IMG/VR virus record: IMGVR_UViG_3300024239_000013
Location: 33,142-97,141 of that record
Direction: 5' to 3' (one strand)
Length of the DNA stretch: 64,000 nucleotides
Source: a virus
Shown here one piece after another: positions 38,167 through 47,490 of this stretch; position 1 is the first letter of the stretch; each line of letters begins with the position of its first letter. The notes under the pieces are model-generated. The model worked only from the letters and a program-made list of their open reading frames with translations. It had not been told where the DNA came from and did no database searches. The position numbers and the translations under genes are program-made.

Positions 38167-38625
38167 TTAATTTTCTGATATTTGACTTGAAATCTTTTTA
38201 ACTTTACCAATATCCGCTCTTCCTTGATATTTTTTATTAAACTCACCGATGGTTTTACCTATTAGCGCCTGCTTATTGGTAATCACGTTTTTAAAGCTTT
38301 TCATAATTTCTGAAAGTGCCTCTTCAACCTCTTTATCCGACATTTGTGCTGGCATATAATTTCTAAGAACTGAAGCTTCTGCAGATTCCTTTATAGCCAA
38401 ATCATGTCTTCCGTTTTTTTCAAAGATTTCAATTGACTCTTCCCTTTGCTTGATTGCCTTGTTAATTATTTTAAGAAAATCAGCATCTGTCATTTCCACA
38501 TTTGGATTTGATTTTTCTGCAAGTGTAATTGCTGATTTTACACTACTCAAAGCTGCCTTAGCATCATTGTCCTTATTCTTCATTGCAGATAAAAAATCTG
38601 CATTTACCCTTTCTTTAATTGTCAT
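38167..38625 (-). CDS. YqeY/GatB-domain protein
   Basis: Full-length similarity to the YqeY family (MKxxDxxAKxALSSxK..., KQREESIEIFEKNGRHDLAxKE, YMPxQMSDxE, GRADIGKV). Confidence 0.65.
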   Translation of the reverse strand: MTIKERVNADFLSAMKNKDNDAKAALSSVKSAITLAEKSNPNVEMTDADFLKIINKAIKQREESIEIFEKNGRHDLAIKESAEASVLRNYMPAQMSDKEVEEALSEIMKSFKNVITNKQALIGKTIGEFNKKYQGRADIGKVKKISSQISEN

Positions 38626-39457
38626 CTATCTTTGTTTTTAAAGTATTTCTAATAAAATCTCTTTCCTGTGTAAATATTGGGGTTTCTACAACAGACCATT
38701 TATTCCTTTTGTATGTTTCTCCATTTTCTATGTTATTCATAGTAACCTGAATTTTTTTAATTACCGCCCCCCTTTTTTTTCGGAAATCATAATCATTCCA
38801 GTTGATCCCCTTCTGAAAAATCATTTCTTGCAACTGGTCAGTTTTTACCCCATTTAATTGATTGTGACTATAAAGACTTTGTGCCACCGAAGAGATGCTA
38901 TTCCTTACTGCATCTTGTTGTCTCCAGATAAAGTAGTTTTCGACCTCATCTATAAAAGGGATTTGAAATGCTCTGGCATCGAACGTAGCAAGTTTGAAAT
39001 TTTCAATTTCAGATTCTTTTAAAAGATTTCCATCGTAATTCATCGAATGATTAGCAATTCCAAATTCATTACAAAACCTTTTCATTCTAAGTTGATTAAA
39101 TTTTGCTGTAGCCATAGATGATGCAACAGAAACCATTTTTTGCAAGTTATTATCAAACCATGCATGTGTTCCAAGATCGTCGAAATCTGTTAGTAAAAGA
39201 CTTATCTCATCTGACTGAACGTAACCTAACTTGGTTCCTTGTATGTTTTTGCAGAGATAAACTGTTGTCTCATTCATGTCTTCAATTAGACCTTCGTCAA
39301 ATGGACGTTCTAAACCTTTAGTGTAGGTGTGAAATGCTTTCCCGTCGATCCTGATGATCGTGTAAGTTCTTCTTGGGAGCTTGATCCTTGTTCTATCTTC
39401 GTAGAACTCTTTCATTCTGTCGCCTAATGCGTCTTTCATAATATTTGCTTTATGCAA
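38615..39457 (-). CDS. Thg1-like protein (tRNA-His guanylyltransferase family 3'-5' nucleotidyltransferase)
   Basis: GDRMKEFYE, IIRIDGKAFHTYTKGLERPFDE and YVQSDEISLL match the catalytic core of Thg1 and bacterial Thg1-like proteins. Confidence 0.75.
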   Translation of the reverse strand: MHKANIMKDALGDRMKEFYEDRTRIKLPRRTYTIIRIDGKAFHTYTKGLERPFDEGLIEDMNETTVYLCKNIQGTKLGYVQSDEISLLLTDFDDLGTHAWFDNNLQKMVSVASSMATAKFNQLRMKRFCNEFGIANHSMNYDGNLLKESEIENFKLATFDARAFQIPFIDEVENYFIWRQQDAVRNSISSVAQSLYSHNQLNGVKTDQLQEMIFQKGINWNDYDFRKKRGAVIKKIQVTMNNIENGETYKRNKWSVVETPIFTQERDFIRNTLKTKIDDN

Positions 39458-39538
39458 CCTTCAATAGTCGGATGCTGATTAATATTTATTTATAGATTAT
39501 TTTTTATAAAAGTTCCTTTAGTAGTTTAATTTTTTTCA

Positions 39539-40066
39539 TTATGTATGAATTTTTTTTCCAACCAACCCACATAAAAATTCTGAAACCAATTCTGCCTCTG
39601 GATTCCTCCAAGCATGATTTAAGTAAACGTCGGCCTTATCGTGATAATGGTAATAATTTGAATCTAAATGTCTCTGTGCAGCCTTTGCTGTTAAGAATGA
39701 GTTGATATAAACTGGTTCCATTGAATATGTACATTTTTCTAATTCCGGAACATTTTCTTCAATCCATTCATCTAGTTCAAATCCAAAATCATCGTCCCAC
39801 ATTTCTTTTAGATTATCTGGCTCGTCTACTCCTTTTTCTATAAGATATTCTCTAAATTCCTCAAATTCTTCTATTACTTGGAAATCACCATCTCTGTCTA
39901 TCCAACAGCGGGTATCCCCATTTAAGTCCCAATCATATACTCTTCGCCAGTCTCTTATTTGAAAAATATGAGGCATCCGTGTACATCTTGGATCCTGTGT
40001 TGTCATTTCAGTAGCAAGTTCTATTAGCTTATCGTACATTTCGTCACTAATCTCTATATTTTTCAT
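39539..40066 (-). CDS. hypothetical protein
   Basis: 175-aa ORF. Confidence 0.5.
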   Translation of the reverse strand: MKNIEISDEMYDKLIELATEMTTQDPRCTRMPHIFQIRDWRRVYDWDLNGDTRCWIDRDGDFQVIEEFEEFREYLIEKGVDEPDNLKEMWDDDFGFELDEWIEENVPELEKCTYSMEPVYINSFLTAKAAQRHLDSNYYHYHDKADVYLNHAWRNPEAELVSEFLCGLVGKKIHT

Positions 40067-40652
40067 TATTTAATTCTTGATTTTCAATAAATTCTAATGT
40101 TGCTGCATAAGCAGATCCTTTAAAAACATCGTCTTTCGTCTCTTTTATTGCTCCTTTAAAAAGTCTCTTGAACTCATCAAATCCCTTGTTTTTTAAAATG
40201 ATAAGTCCAACCCCCATTACAGTTTTTGGTCTATCCACTCCGGTTTCTCTGACTATTTCGTCAGCTATATTTTTTATCTCCTCCTGATAACTTGGTTTTA
40301 TGTTATCTAGAGCATTTTCAAGAGCACTATAGAAGCAATTCTCTTCATTTATCAATCTACCTTTGAATGATAAGGATCCGTTGGAGTTTCTAGATATATC
40401 CATATAATAATCCCTATCATCTCTTTCTTCGTGGTCGATTACTCTATATAGAGAATCCTTATAAACAAAATACTCTTCAGTAACATATCCCTTTGAAAAA
40501 TTAGAATGATTAAATTTTTCCGCAAATTCAAAAATCCAATTTTCGCTCAATTCATAACCGAATCTTTTTGCTATGTATTTACAGGTCTCTTCTAGAGTTC
40601 CTTCTAGTTTAACCGGATATAATTTTCCAGTATGAAATTCAATTTTTTCCAT
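40047..40652 (-). CDS. hypothetical protein
   Basis: 201-aa ORF. Confidence 0.5.
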   Translation of the reverse strand: MEKIEFHTGKLYPVKLEGTLEETCKYIAKRFGYELSENWIFEFAEKFNHSNFSKGYVTEEYFVYKDSLYRVIDHEERDDRDYYMDISRNSNGSLSFKGRLINEENCFYSALENALDNIKPSYQEEIKNIADEIVRETGVDRPKTVMGVGLIILKNKGFDEFKRLFKGAIKETKDDVFKGSAYAATLEFIENQELNNEKYRD

Positions 40653-40655
40653 TTT

Positions 40656-41174
40656 TTATCTGTTATAAATCACAACTGTTACTTTGCAATCTGTTATATT
40701 ATTGTGTATAATTTCCTTTATTCTTTCCCAATTTCCTCCAGCTAAACCTGAGCCTATTTTTGGCATCCCTATATGTTTCCCTTTAAAAACCATATTTAAT
40801 TTTCTCATGCATATGGTAAATGCTTCATAATCAAAAGGTATTCTAACCCCATCTTTATGATTCATCCCATATCTAAATTGTGTATACGCATTAACAACGG
40901 TTAGCTCTGGTTCGTTCCTATTGTTTTTGGCATCTTCCAAAGACCATATTGATCTTTCACCCAATACGAATGTCTGGTAATCTATATTACCTAATTTTTC
41001 TATGGAAGGACCGATTCTTTCCATATTGAATTTATCAGCTCCAAATGCCTTTGCCATCTGTGGAGCAATTCCAGCTCCCATTGTCGATTGACAATTACAA
41101 CCATGAACTATAACATCAAAATTTCCTTTTTTGGCCAGATCTATTAAATCCCCATATATTTCTTTGTATTCCAT
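40656..41174 (-). CDS. macro-domain protein (ADP-ribose binding/processing)
   Basis: VIVHGCNCQSTMGAGIAPQMAKAFG resembles the macro-domain N-x-x-N-x-x-L-G-G-G-G-V-x-G-A-I nucleotide-binding loop; about 170 aa as expected. Confidence 0.5.
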   Translation of the reverse strand: MEYKEIYGDLIDLAKKGNFDVIVHGCNCQSTMGAGIAPQMAKAFGADKFNMERIGPSIEKLGNIDYQTFVLGERSIWSLEDAKNNRNEPELTVVNAYTQFRYGMNHKDGVRIPFDYEAFTICMRKLNMVFKGKHIGMPKIGSGLAGGNWERIKEIIHNNITDCKVTVVIYNR

Positions 41175-41335
41175 GGTTATTATTTTCTCCTGTTAAAACC
41201 AGATATTTTAGCTATCACAAAAAAAGGAACTATTATTGCATAAAATTCCCAATTTAAGAAACTAATTCCACCAAAAAAAGAAAGAGCAGCTCCTAGATAA
41301 ATTGGGCCGGATAATTCTAATAATTTTTTCATAAC

Positions 41336-42013
41336 TTATTTTATTTCGTCTATTAATGTTATTTCTGCTGTTTCGTAATCTATTCTGTAAATACCCTTAG
41401 GAACATCCTGATTTTTCCAGTTATATCTATTCTCTATTACAATGCAACTATTTCCTTTGATGATTGAAGAACTATTTTCGAATATTCTCTCTCCTCTTCT
41501 TAGGTCATATATTCCTCCATTAACACTGGCTAAATTTCCGCCCAAATGATATATTGTTTCTAAGCCTCCTGCATCTAGACAAACATCACCTAATCGATTA
41601 ACTACTACGTGATCTCCAAAGCCTTCGAATTTTAATGTTTTTTTACTTTTGTCTTGTATTCTGTTTCCGTATCTTAATAGCGTGCAATAGCCATCCACAA
41701 ATCCGTTTGTTCCGATTCCACCTTTTCTGAAAACTTCACTTGAAATTTTCAACCCGTTGTGGTATAGATACGAGTACCCTAATTTATTTTCCAAAGGTTC
41801 TCCTTTATCGTTTAATTCCTCAATAGGTCTTAGTTCATATCCTTCTTTCAGATCTTGATATTTAGATTCAATCTTCGATGGTTTAATTCCTTCCAATAAA
41901 TTTGATATCAGATGTAAATTAAGAGACTCACTTTTAACAAGTCCAATAATATCTGGATTCATATCAAAATAATTAAATTTTGGATTTTTATTATTATTTT
42001 TCGACATATTCAT
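41336..42013 (-). CDS. hypothetical protein
   Basis: 225-aa ORF. Confidence 0.5.
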   Translation of the reverse strand: MNMSKNNNKNPKFNYFDMNPDIIGLVKSESLNLHLISNLLEGIKPSKIESKYQDLKEGYELRPIEELNDKGEPLENKLGYSYLYHNGLKISSEVFRKGGIGTNGFVDGYCTLLRYGNRIQDKSKKTLKFEGFGDHVVVNRLGDVCLDAGGLETIYHLGGNLASVNGGIYDLRRGERIFENSSSIIKGNSCIVIENRYNWKNQDVPKGIYRIDYETAEITLIDEIK

Positions 42014-42392
42014 ATTTGATTTTCAGAATTCTGTATATAAAATTAGCTTTTTCTATATCTTCTCTGGATTTTGCTAAATCTAATAGATCCTGGAATTCTT
42101 TATCGTATATTTTTACTAGATCTTCTCTAGATTCAGCATCTTCAATCATTTTTTCTACTTTCTCGAAAAAGTTTAAGAATTTAATTCTATCACGAGAAAT
42201 CGAAATTATAGAGATTGACAAAATGCTTATAAAAATTCCCAAGGATAATCCAATCTTTAGGTTTACTAACATTGAAAATTTGGAATCCATTATCGAAAAT
42301 AAAGCAAAAGAATAAATAGATGAGATGAGCCACATAACAATAAAAATTTTAAATAAGCTTGATTCCATCAAGAATGCTGAGAATTTTTTCAT
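41994..42392 (-). CDS. membrane protein (three or four hydrophobic helices)
   Basis: 132 aa, strongly hydrophobic. Confidence 0.45.
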   Translation of the reverse strand: MKKFSAFLMESSLFKIFIVMWLISSIYSFALFSIMDSKFSMLVNLKIGLSLGIFISILSISIISISRDRIKFLNFFEKVEKMIEDAESREDLVKIYDKEFQDLLDLAKSREDIEKANFIYRILKIKYEYVEK

Positions 42393-42403
42393 AATGATTG
42401 TAT

Positions 42404-42847
42404 TTATATTTTGATCTCTCTATTAATATCTCTTTCTATATCTCTATTTTTAATAACTTCCCTTTTATCATAGTTCTTTTTACCCCTAGATAAAGATATC
42501 TCTAATTTAAATAAGGACCTATCATTTTCATAAATTCTGCAAGGAACTATACTCATACCTTTTATTAGATCCTTTTGGAGTTTATTAAGCTCCTTTCTTT
42601 TTAATAAAAGTTTTCTATCTCTTTTTGGATTGTGTGAATAGTTTGGGTTCGTCGATGATATGTGTAGGTTTCTTATGAAAAGTTCATTATTTATAAAATA
42701 GCAATAAGAATCTGTAAAATCAATTCTATTTTCTCTAATAGATTTTACCTCAGATCCAACCAATTGAATCCCTGCATCTAATTTTTTTATAAATTCAAAT
42801 TCAAATTTTGCTTTTTTGTTAATGATATTTATTTTTGATGGTTTCAT
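42404..42847 (-). CDS. smpB: SmpB (SsrA/tmRNA-binding ribosome-rescue protein) homolog
   Basis: End-to-end collinearity with bacterial SmpB: KFEFEFIKKLDAGIQLVGSEVKSIRENRIDFTDSYCYF..., RKLLLKRKELNKL, GMSIVPCRIYENDRSLFKLEISLSRGKKNYDKRE. Confidence 0.75.
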   Translation of the reverse strand: MKPSKINIINKKAKFEFEFIKKLDAGIQLVGSEVKSIRENRIDFTDSYCYFINNELFIRNLHISSTNPNYSHNPKRDRKLLLKRKELNKLQKDLIKGMSIVPCRIYENDRSLFKLEISLSRGKKNYDKREVIKNRDIERDINREIKI

Positions 42848-43158
42848 ATTAGTCCTGAGAGTTTAAATTCGAGTCCATTTTTTTTAGCTTTAATCTCAGC
42901 TTTTACCTCTATAACAGCATCTCCTAGATAATCACGATCGGTTTTTTCTACTGTGATGTCTATGTATCCTTCGTCTAAAAGTTGATTCGTTAATTTATTT
43001 AATACCTCACTTTTCACTTTTTCGATGATAAGTTGTTCAACTGATGATCCTCGATAAGCAAAAGCTCCGAATCTATAAGATGCTGATGCTTTAAAAATCT
43101 TAGTTTCCGGTTCATCAAAAAGCTTTCTTATGGTTTTTAATGATTTATCATGATCCAT
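42844..43158 (-). CDS. hypothetical protein
   Basis: 104 aa; overlaps the smpB start (ATGA). Confidence 0.5.
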   Translation of the reverse strand: MDHDKSLKTIRKLFDEPETKIFKASASYRFGAFAYRGSSVEQLIIEKVKSEVLNKLTNQLLDEGYIDITVEKTDRDYLGDAVIEVKAEIKAKKNGLEFKLSGLI

Positions 43159-43207
43159 TTTTTTTTATATCTTTTTTACGATTGCAAATTTAATAACTAT
43201 ATACGAT

Positions 43208-43243
43208 CAAAAAAAATAAATCCTGGTTATTTAACCAGGATTT
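43208..43243 (-). terminator. terminator hairpin (AAATCCTGGTT-loop-AACCAGGATTT) followed by T8 on the minus strand
   Basis: 11-bp stem. Confidence 0.55.
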
Positions 43244-43625
43244 ATATCATCTTTAAAATATTTTTAACCTTCGTTGTTTTTTTCAATTTTTTCAATATTT
43301 CATCACTAATTTCTTCTTCTAGTGTAAATTCTAATCTTTGAGAATTCCCATTGGGAGAAAAGTTCCAATCAAATCCTATCCCAATAATCTTTTTTAGATT
43401 TTCCACCAATTCGTCCATATAATAGGATATCCTTTTGGGTATTCTACCGTCGAATAACATTGACCAATATTCTATTACAAATTGTTCTGAGTTGATGATT
43501 AAATAATCACATTCCATCATACGGTCCTTAAAAAATTCAGTAATATATGGCTTATAGAAATCTATTAAAAATTCCAGATTCTCTTTCTCATCATCGAAAT
43601 TCTCATAAATCTTAATGTTATTCAT
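43242..43625 (-). CDS. protein with targeting-like N-terminus (MNNIKIYENFDDEK)
   Basis: 127 aa. Confidence 0.55.
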   Translation of the reverse strand: MNNIKIYENFDDEKENLEFLIDFYKPYITEFFKDRMMECDYLIINSEQFVIEYWSMLFDGRIPKRISYYMDELVENLKKIIGIGFDWNFSPNGNSQRLEFTLEEEISDEILKKLKKTTKVKNILKMI

Positions 43626-43626
43626 A

Positions 43627-44424
43627 TTATATCATTTTCCAAATTTTCCTGGTTTTTAAAACATTCTTGATTGTTTTTAGATTTTTTTCATTAATCTCGA
43701 TATTATCTTCATTAAAAATTTTAATGAATCCATGGAATATTCTTTTTTTAGCTGATATAGGTAGTTTATCTACTGATTCTATATACTGTGGATTTTCTAA
43801 AAGTGTCTTTGTGAATATTTCACTTAAAATATCTTTATCGACTATTTCACTTAGGGTTGATGGATTATTATAAAATTCATCTATTAAATTATCGTAAAGA
43901 TCTTTTACATTTTGTATTATTTTAGAGGATAAACCTTCAATTTTTTTTATATTAGAAGGAGCTATCAATCTAACATCCTTTAATTTCTCGATAAGATAAT
44001 CTAATGCTTCCTCTATTATAGACTTTAATTGATTATAGTCTCTTGGATTTGCTATGACATTTATTCTATGCCTTTCATCCCATTCATAGGTCTTTTTTAT
44101 TTCATATTCACCTATATTTAAACTTTCATCTATTGATATTTTAATACTTAGAAAATTCCCGATTAAATCCGGAACTGTGTCAAATCCGGTTAGATCTAGA
44201 AGCTTCTCTATCTCAGTTTTTATTTCACCAACATATGTTTTAATGGTTATTAAATAGTATGGAACTTTAGCTTCTAGTTTTCTGTCTATCTCTACGTATT
44301 TTCTACGATTATTTTTTGTGAAATCTAGATCTGCATAAAGTTTTTCTGAGAAATCTTGATCTAAGAAATTTCTAGGCTTATCCGATGATTCATTTATCCA
44401 ATTATTAAAATTCTTAACTTCCAT
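43627..44424 (-). CDS. protein with targeting-like N-terminus (MEVKNFNNWINESSDKP)
   Basis: 265 aa. Confidence 0.55.
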   Translation of the reverse strand: MEVKNFNNWINESSDKPRNFLDQDFSEKLYADLDFTKNNRRKYVEIDRKLEAKVPYYLITIKTYVGEIKTEIEKLLDLTGFDTVPDLIGNFLSIKISIDESLNIGEYEIKKTYEWDERHRINVIANPRDYNQLKSIIEEALDYLIEKLKDVRLIAPSNIKKIEGLSSKIIQNVKDLYDNLIDEFYNNPSTLSEIVDKDILSEIFTKTLLENPQYIESVDKLPISAKKRIFHGFIKIFNEDNIEINEKNLKTIKNVLKTRKIWKMI

Positions 44425-44459
44425 GGATTATATATCAAAATTTAAAACTTGATCTGCAA

Positions 44460-44846
44460 TTAAACCTCAGCTACTTTTTCGATACTTTCATTTTTGTGTC
44501 TTGCTACTAGTTTATTATAAAGGCATTCAATCTCATCCAAGGAAAGATTACTTTTTTTCCCGTTTATATCAACTGTACATGCAACTACATTTCCTTCAAT
44601 ATAACCCTTAGCTGAATCTACCCTATCGAAGCTTCTGGAATAAATTCCTTCCTCTTCGAAAATCCTATTTGTATAGTAACATGTTGGATAAGATAGCAAT
44701 TTTTTAACAGATTCAAAATTTAGATCAAAATCAAGTTTCCTGTCCTGTGCACTCTGATAGATTTTTAACATTTTCTTAGCTACCTCTAGGTCACTGATTT
44801 CTTCTTTTTTTGTAATGGGTAAAGATTTTTTTTTAATTTTAGTCAT
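44460..44846 (-). mobile_element. small HNH endonuclease (HNH_3-like: CYYTN...FDRVDSAKGYIEGNVVAC...N)
   Basis: D-R-V-D-S-x-K-G-Y-x-x-G-N-V motif typical of phage HNH_3 endonucleases. Confidence 0.5.
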
Positions 44847-44865
44847 TTTTTCAATTTTTTAGCGA

Positions 44866-45558
44866 TTAATTATGACCGAAATCTATTTCGGCTATATCGT
44901 CTATTGTGTATCCTTCATCATCATTCCCTGATGCATTAACCTCAACAACATATTTATTATTATCTGAGGTTTTTGTGCTGTTATAGATAAAATAGTAATA
45001 AGCTAGTTCACCAGGATTATACATTTTCATGATTTCTACTTTTTCAAATTCTCCAGATACTAATCCAGTCTTATTCCAAAATAACATTTCTATTACATCA
45101 TCATCTATAGATTTAATATAAACATCCTTCATTACCCTAGGATATAAAGAAGAGATTTCCATCGTAGAAGATGTGCAGTTTATATTAACATAGACTTCTG
45201 ATTCTTTGTATTTTAATTTAAGTACCACATCAAAGCCATATTCCAATTCATCTATGGTACGTCTAGCTCTCATCTTACCTATAACTGAGAGTTTTTTTAA
45301 TATATCTTCGGAAAGCTTTGGGTATGTAGATATTATATTTTTATTATCTTTAATAAAATTGTAAAAATCTTCAAAGGATAAATTCTCGAATGGTTCTTCT
45401 ATTCTAATATCATAGAATCTCAAACCAGATCTCCAATATTTTAATTTTATAGGTTTGCCTGTTAAGTTTGAAATCTCGTCTATTAATGATTCCAAGCTAT
45501 CTGTGGGTTGGGTAAAATCTTCAAATATTTTAATTCTTCTCATGATATATTTATCCAA
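44866..45558 (-). CDS. hypothetical protein
   Basis: 230-aa ORF. Confidence 0.5.
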   Translation of the reverse strand: MDKYIMRRIKIFEDFTQPTDSLESLIDEISNLTGKPIKLKYWRSGLRFYDIRIEEPFENLSFEDFYNFIKDNKNIISTYPKLSEDILKKLSVIGKMRARRTIDELEYGFDVVLKLKYKESEVYVNINCTSSTMEISSLYPRVMKDVYIKSIDDDVIEMLFWNKTGLVSGEFEKVEIMKMYNPGELAYYYFIYNSTKTSDNNKYVVEVNASGNDDEGYTIDDIAEIDFGHN

Positions 45559-45716
45559 TTCCTATGATCTTTTTTCCACGTACAAGAACTTTTTAGAATA
45601 TCTATATTGTCCAATTCTGATTCCCGAGTATTCTTTGTGTCTTTGTGTGATCTGGTGACCCAATGTACTCCCTCCTGTAATAATTATTTTCACAATTTTA
45701 TTTTAAATAAGATAAC

Positions 45717-46454
45717 TTATTTCTCCTTTAGCAAGAATGAATTAGAAATGGATTTGAAAGATATTGTTTTATCCTTGTTTCTAATAACCACTCCTTCTCT
45801 CTCCGCTCCATTGTATAGTTTTGATTTACCCTCTGCGTAAAGAAGAATTTCATCGACAGTTTCTGGTAGGCTATAATTTTCCTCGAGCACAGGAACAAGT
45901 TCAAGTGGTTTATCGTCATTATTAACTTTAGATAGGAATTCCCTCATTTCATCTAATCCTAGATATTCTTGAGTGTCAATATTGAAAATATTGAAAACTC
46001 TAAGAGTATGCCCTTTTATTTTATATGGATTCCCTTGAATTCCTTCACCGATAAGTTCACCCTGGATTGCGTAATTTTGATTAAGAGATCCTAGTTTTTC
46101 TGCTATCTTTAGCTCTCTAGCAACCTTCCAGAATGTATTTTCTTTTTTGGTTCTTTCGACACCATCTTCACCAATGATAGTACCAGGTACAAATTCTCCA
46201 GGATCCGCTAACTCAAGGTTTCTTGAACAGACTCCGAAAACTCCGTCTTTTAAATAGAAGGTTGCGGAACTTCCGTCTAGTTTTTCAGTCACATAAAACC
46301 TTTCAGTCTTCCAGCCCTCGTACTCTTTGGTTAGATTTTGACAGTTATGTACTAAAATATCGTTTGCATAGAAGTTATGAACTTTATCTACTTCAATGTC
46401 ATAACGTTTTGATTCATGATTTATCTTCTTAATAGATTTAATTTTATCTAACAT
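45717..46454 (-). CDS. C-terminal half of a fractured polynucleotide ligase. The C-half of a split intein (residues 1-37, ...KVHNFYANDILVHN; about 46344-46454) is fused to an Rnl2-like nucleotidyltransferase domain starting at Cys+1 (CQNL...VTEKLDGSSATFYLKDG)
   Basis: Split-intein C-half-like terminal HN followed by Cys; KxDG adenylyltransferase motif I, motif IV GEGIQG and motif V REGVVIR in the extein. Confidence 0.7.
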   Translation of the reverse strand: MLDKIKSIKKINHESKRYDIEVDKVHNFYANDILVHNCQNLTKEYEGWKTERFYVTEKLDGSSATFYLKDGVFGVCSRNLELADPGEFVPGTIIGEDGVERTKKENTFWKVARELKIAEKLGSLNQNYAIQGELIGEGIQGNPYKIKGHTLRVFNIFNIDTQEYLGLDEMREFLSKVNNDDKPLELVPVLEENYSLPETVDEILLYAEGKSKLYNGAEREGVVIRNKDKTISFKSISNSFLLKEK

Positions 46455-47416
46455 AGTATTTCTTTTAAAAGGTTATAGATTTCTTCGTTTGTCATATTAT
46501 TAATATCACTCTCCCAAAAATAGTGAACTGTATATCCTTTAGATTCTATAAGCTTACGTTTCCGATTGTCTTTCTTCCAAACATCCTTTGCTAAAAGACC
46601 ATCTAAAAGAACGTCAGACTCTTTATAGAACTTAGGATTAGCATGCCAAAAGTCACCTTGAACTTCTATGATAACTTTATTCTTAAATATCAGATCCCAG
46701 TTATATGCATATAGAAATCCGTTTGCCGTATATTCTACATCTAATTGATTTAGTATTGTCTGAATTCTGATCTCTTGACTACTTACATAATTTATATTAG
46801 CTCTTGCTTTTTCTGTCATCCGCCTGCGTTCATCCGCCGTCATTTTAGATATTCTTTTCTTCTGTGACTCTCCAATCTTCACCGAAACACCTGGGATTTG
46901 AGAAGGATTATAAACGCTATCTCCGTATTTTTTGATAAGAGTATCTCTTATAGATTCTTGGGCCTTTTCATAGTCTATATGTGACTGTGCAACCTTCCGT
47001 ATCTTTGGGTTGCAGAAGTTGTTCTCATATCCAAAGTTCTTTAGGAACGTCTCTTTCTTTTTTTTCTTGATGGCTTTAGCCTGTGATGGATTCTTAACCC
47101 CAAACCGTTTCATATTAGTAGACTCAATCTTATCTTTATAAACCTTGGTCTTTTTGCTTTCGCTATTAGTTCGTTTAATCCCAAGTAATTCGATATAATT
47201 TGCAAATGAAACCCCATACATTTCTTTAAGATCAGAGACATTATAACCTTCAAGATATAGATCCTTTACCGTATCGAAGGTTCTATCTTCTATTTCTATT
47301 TGAGATTTAATGTAGTTTACCTCATTTGTTAATTTATTAATGTTGTGATGTCTATTAATGTGTATTTTTAATATGTTCGTTTGATTGAATTCTTTATTGC
47401 AGATAATACACCTCAT
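46448..47416 (-). mobile_element. free-standing homing-endonuclease-like gene located between the two ligase halves; N-terminal C2H2 zinc finger (CIICNKEF...HINRHH) plus C-terminal Vsr-like/DUF559 PD-(D/E)xK nuclease domain (IIEVQGDFWHANP...KDNRKRKLIESKGYTVHYFWESD)
   Basis: Motifs read in the translation; genomic position matches the fractured-gene arrangement. Confidence 0.6.
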
Positions 47417-47490
47417 AATAAGTTTCCTTTTATTTATATATCTCTTATTTATATAAAAAACAATAAATAATCAGTCTTTTTAATAACTTT

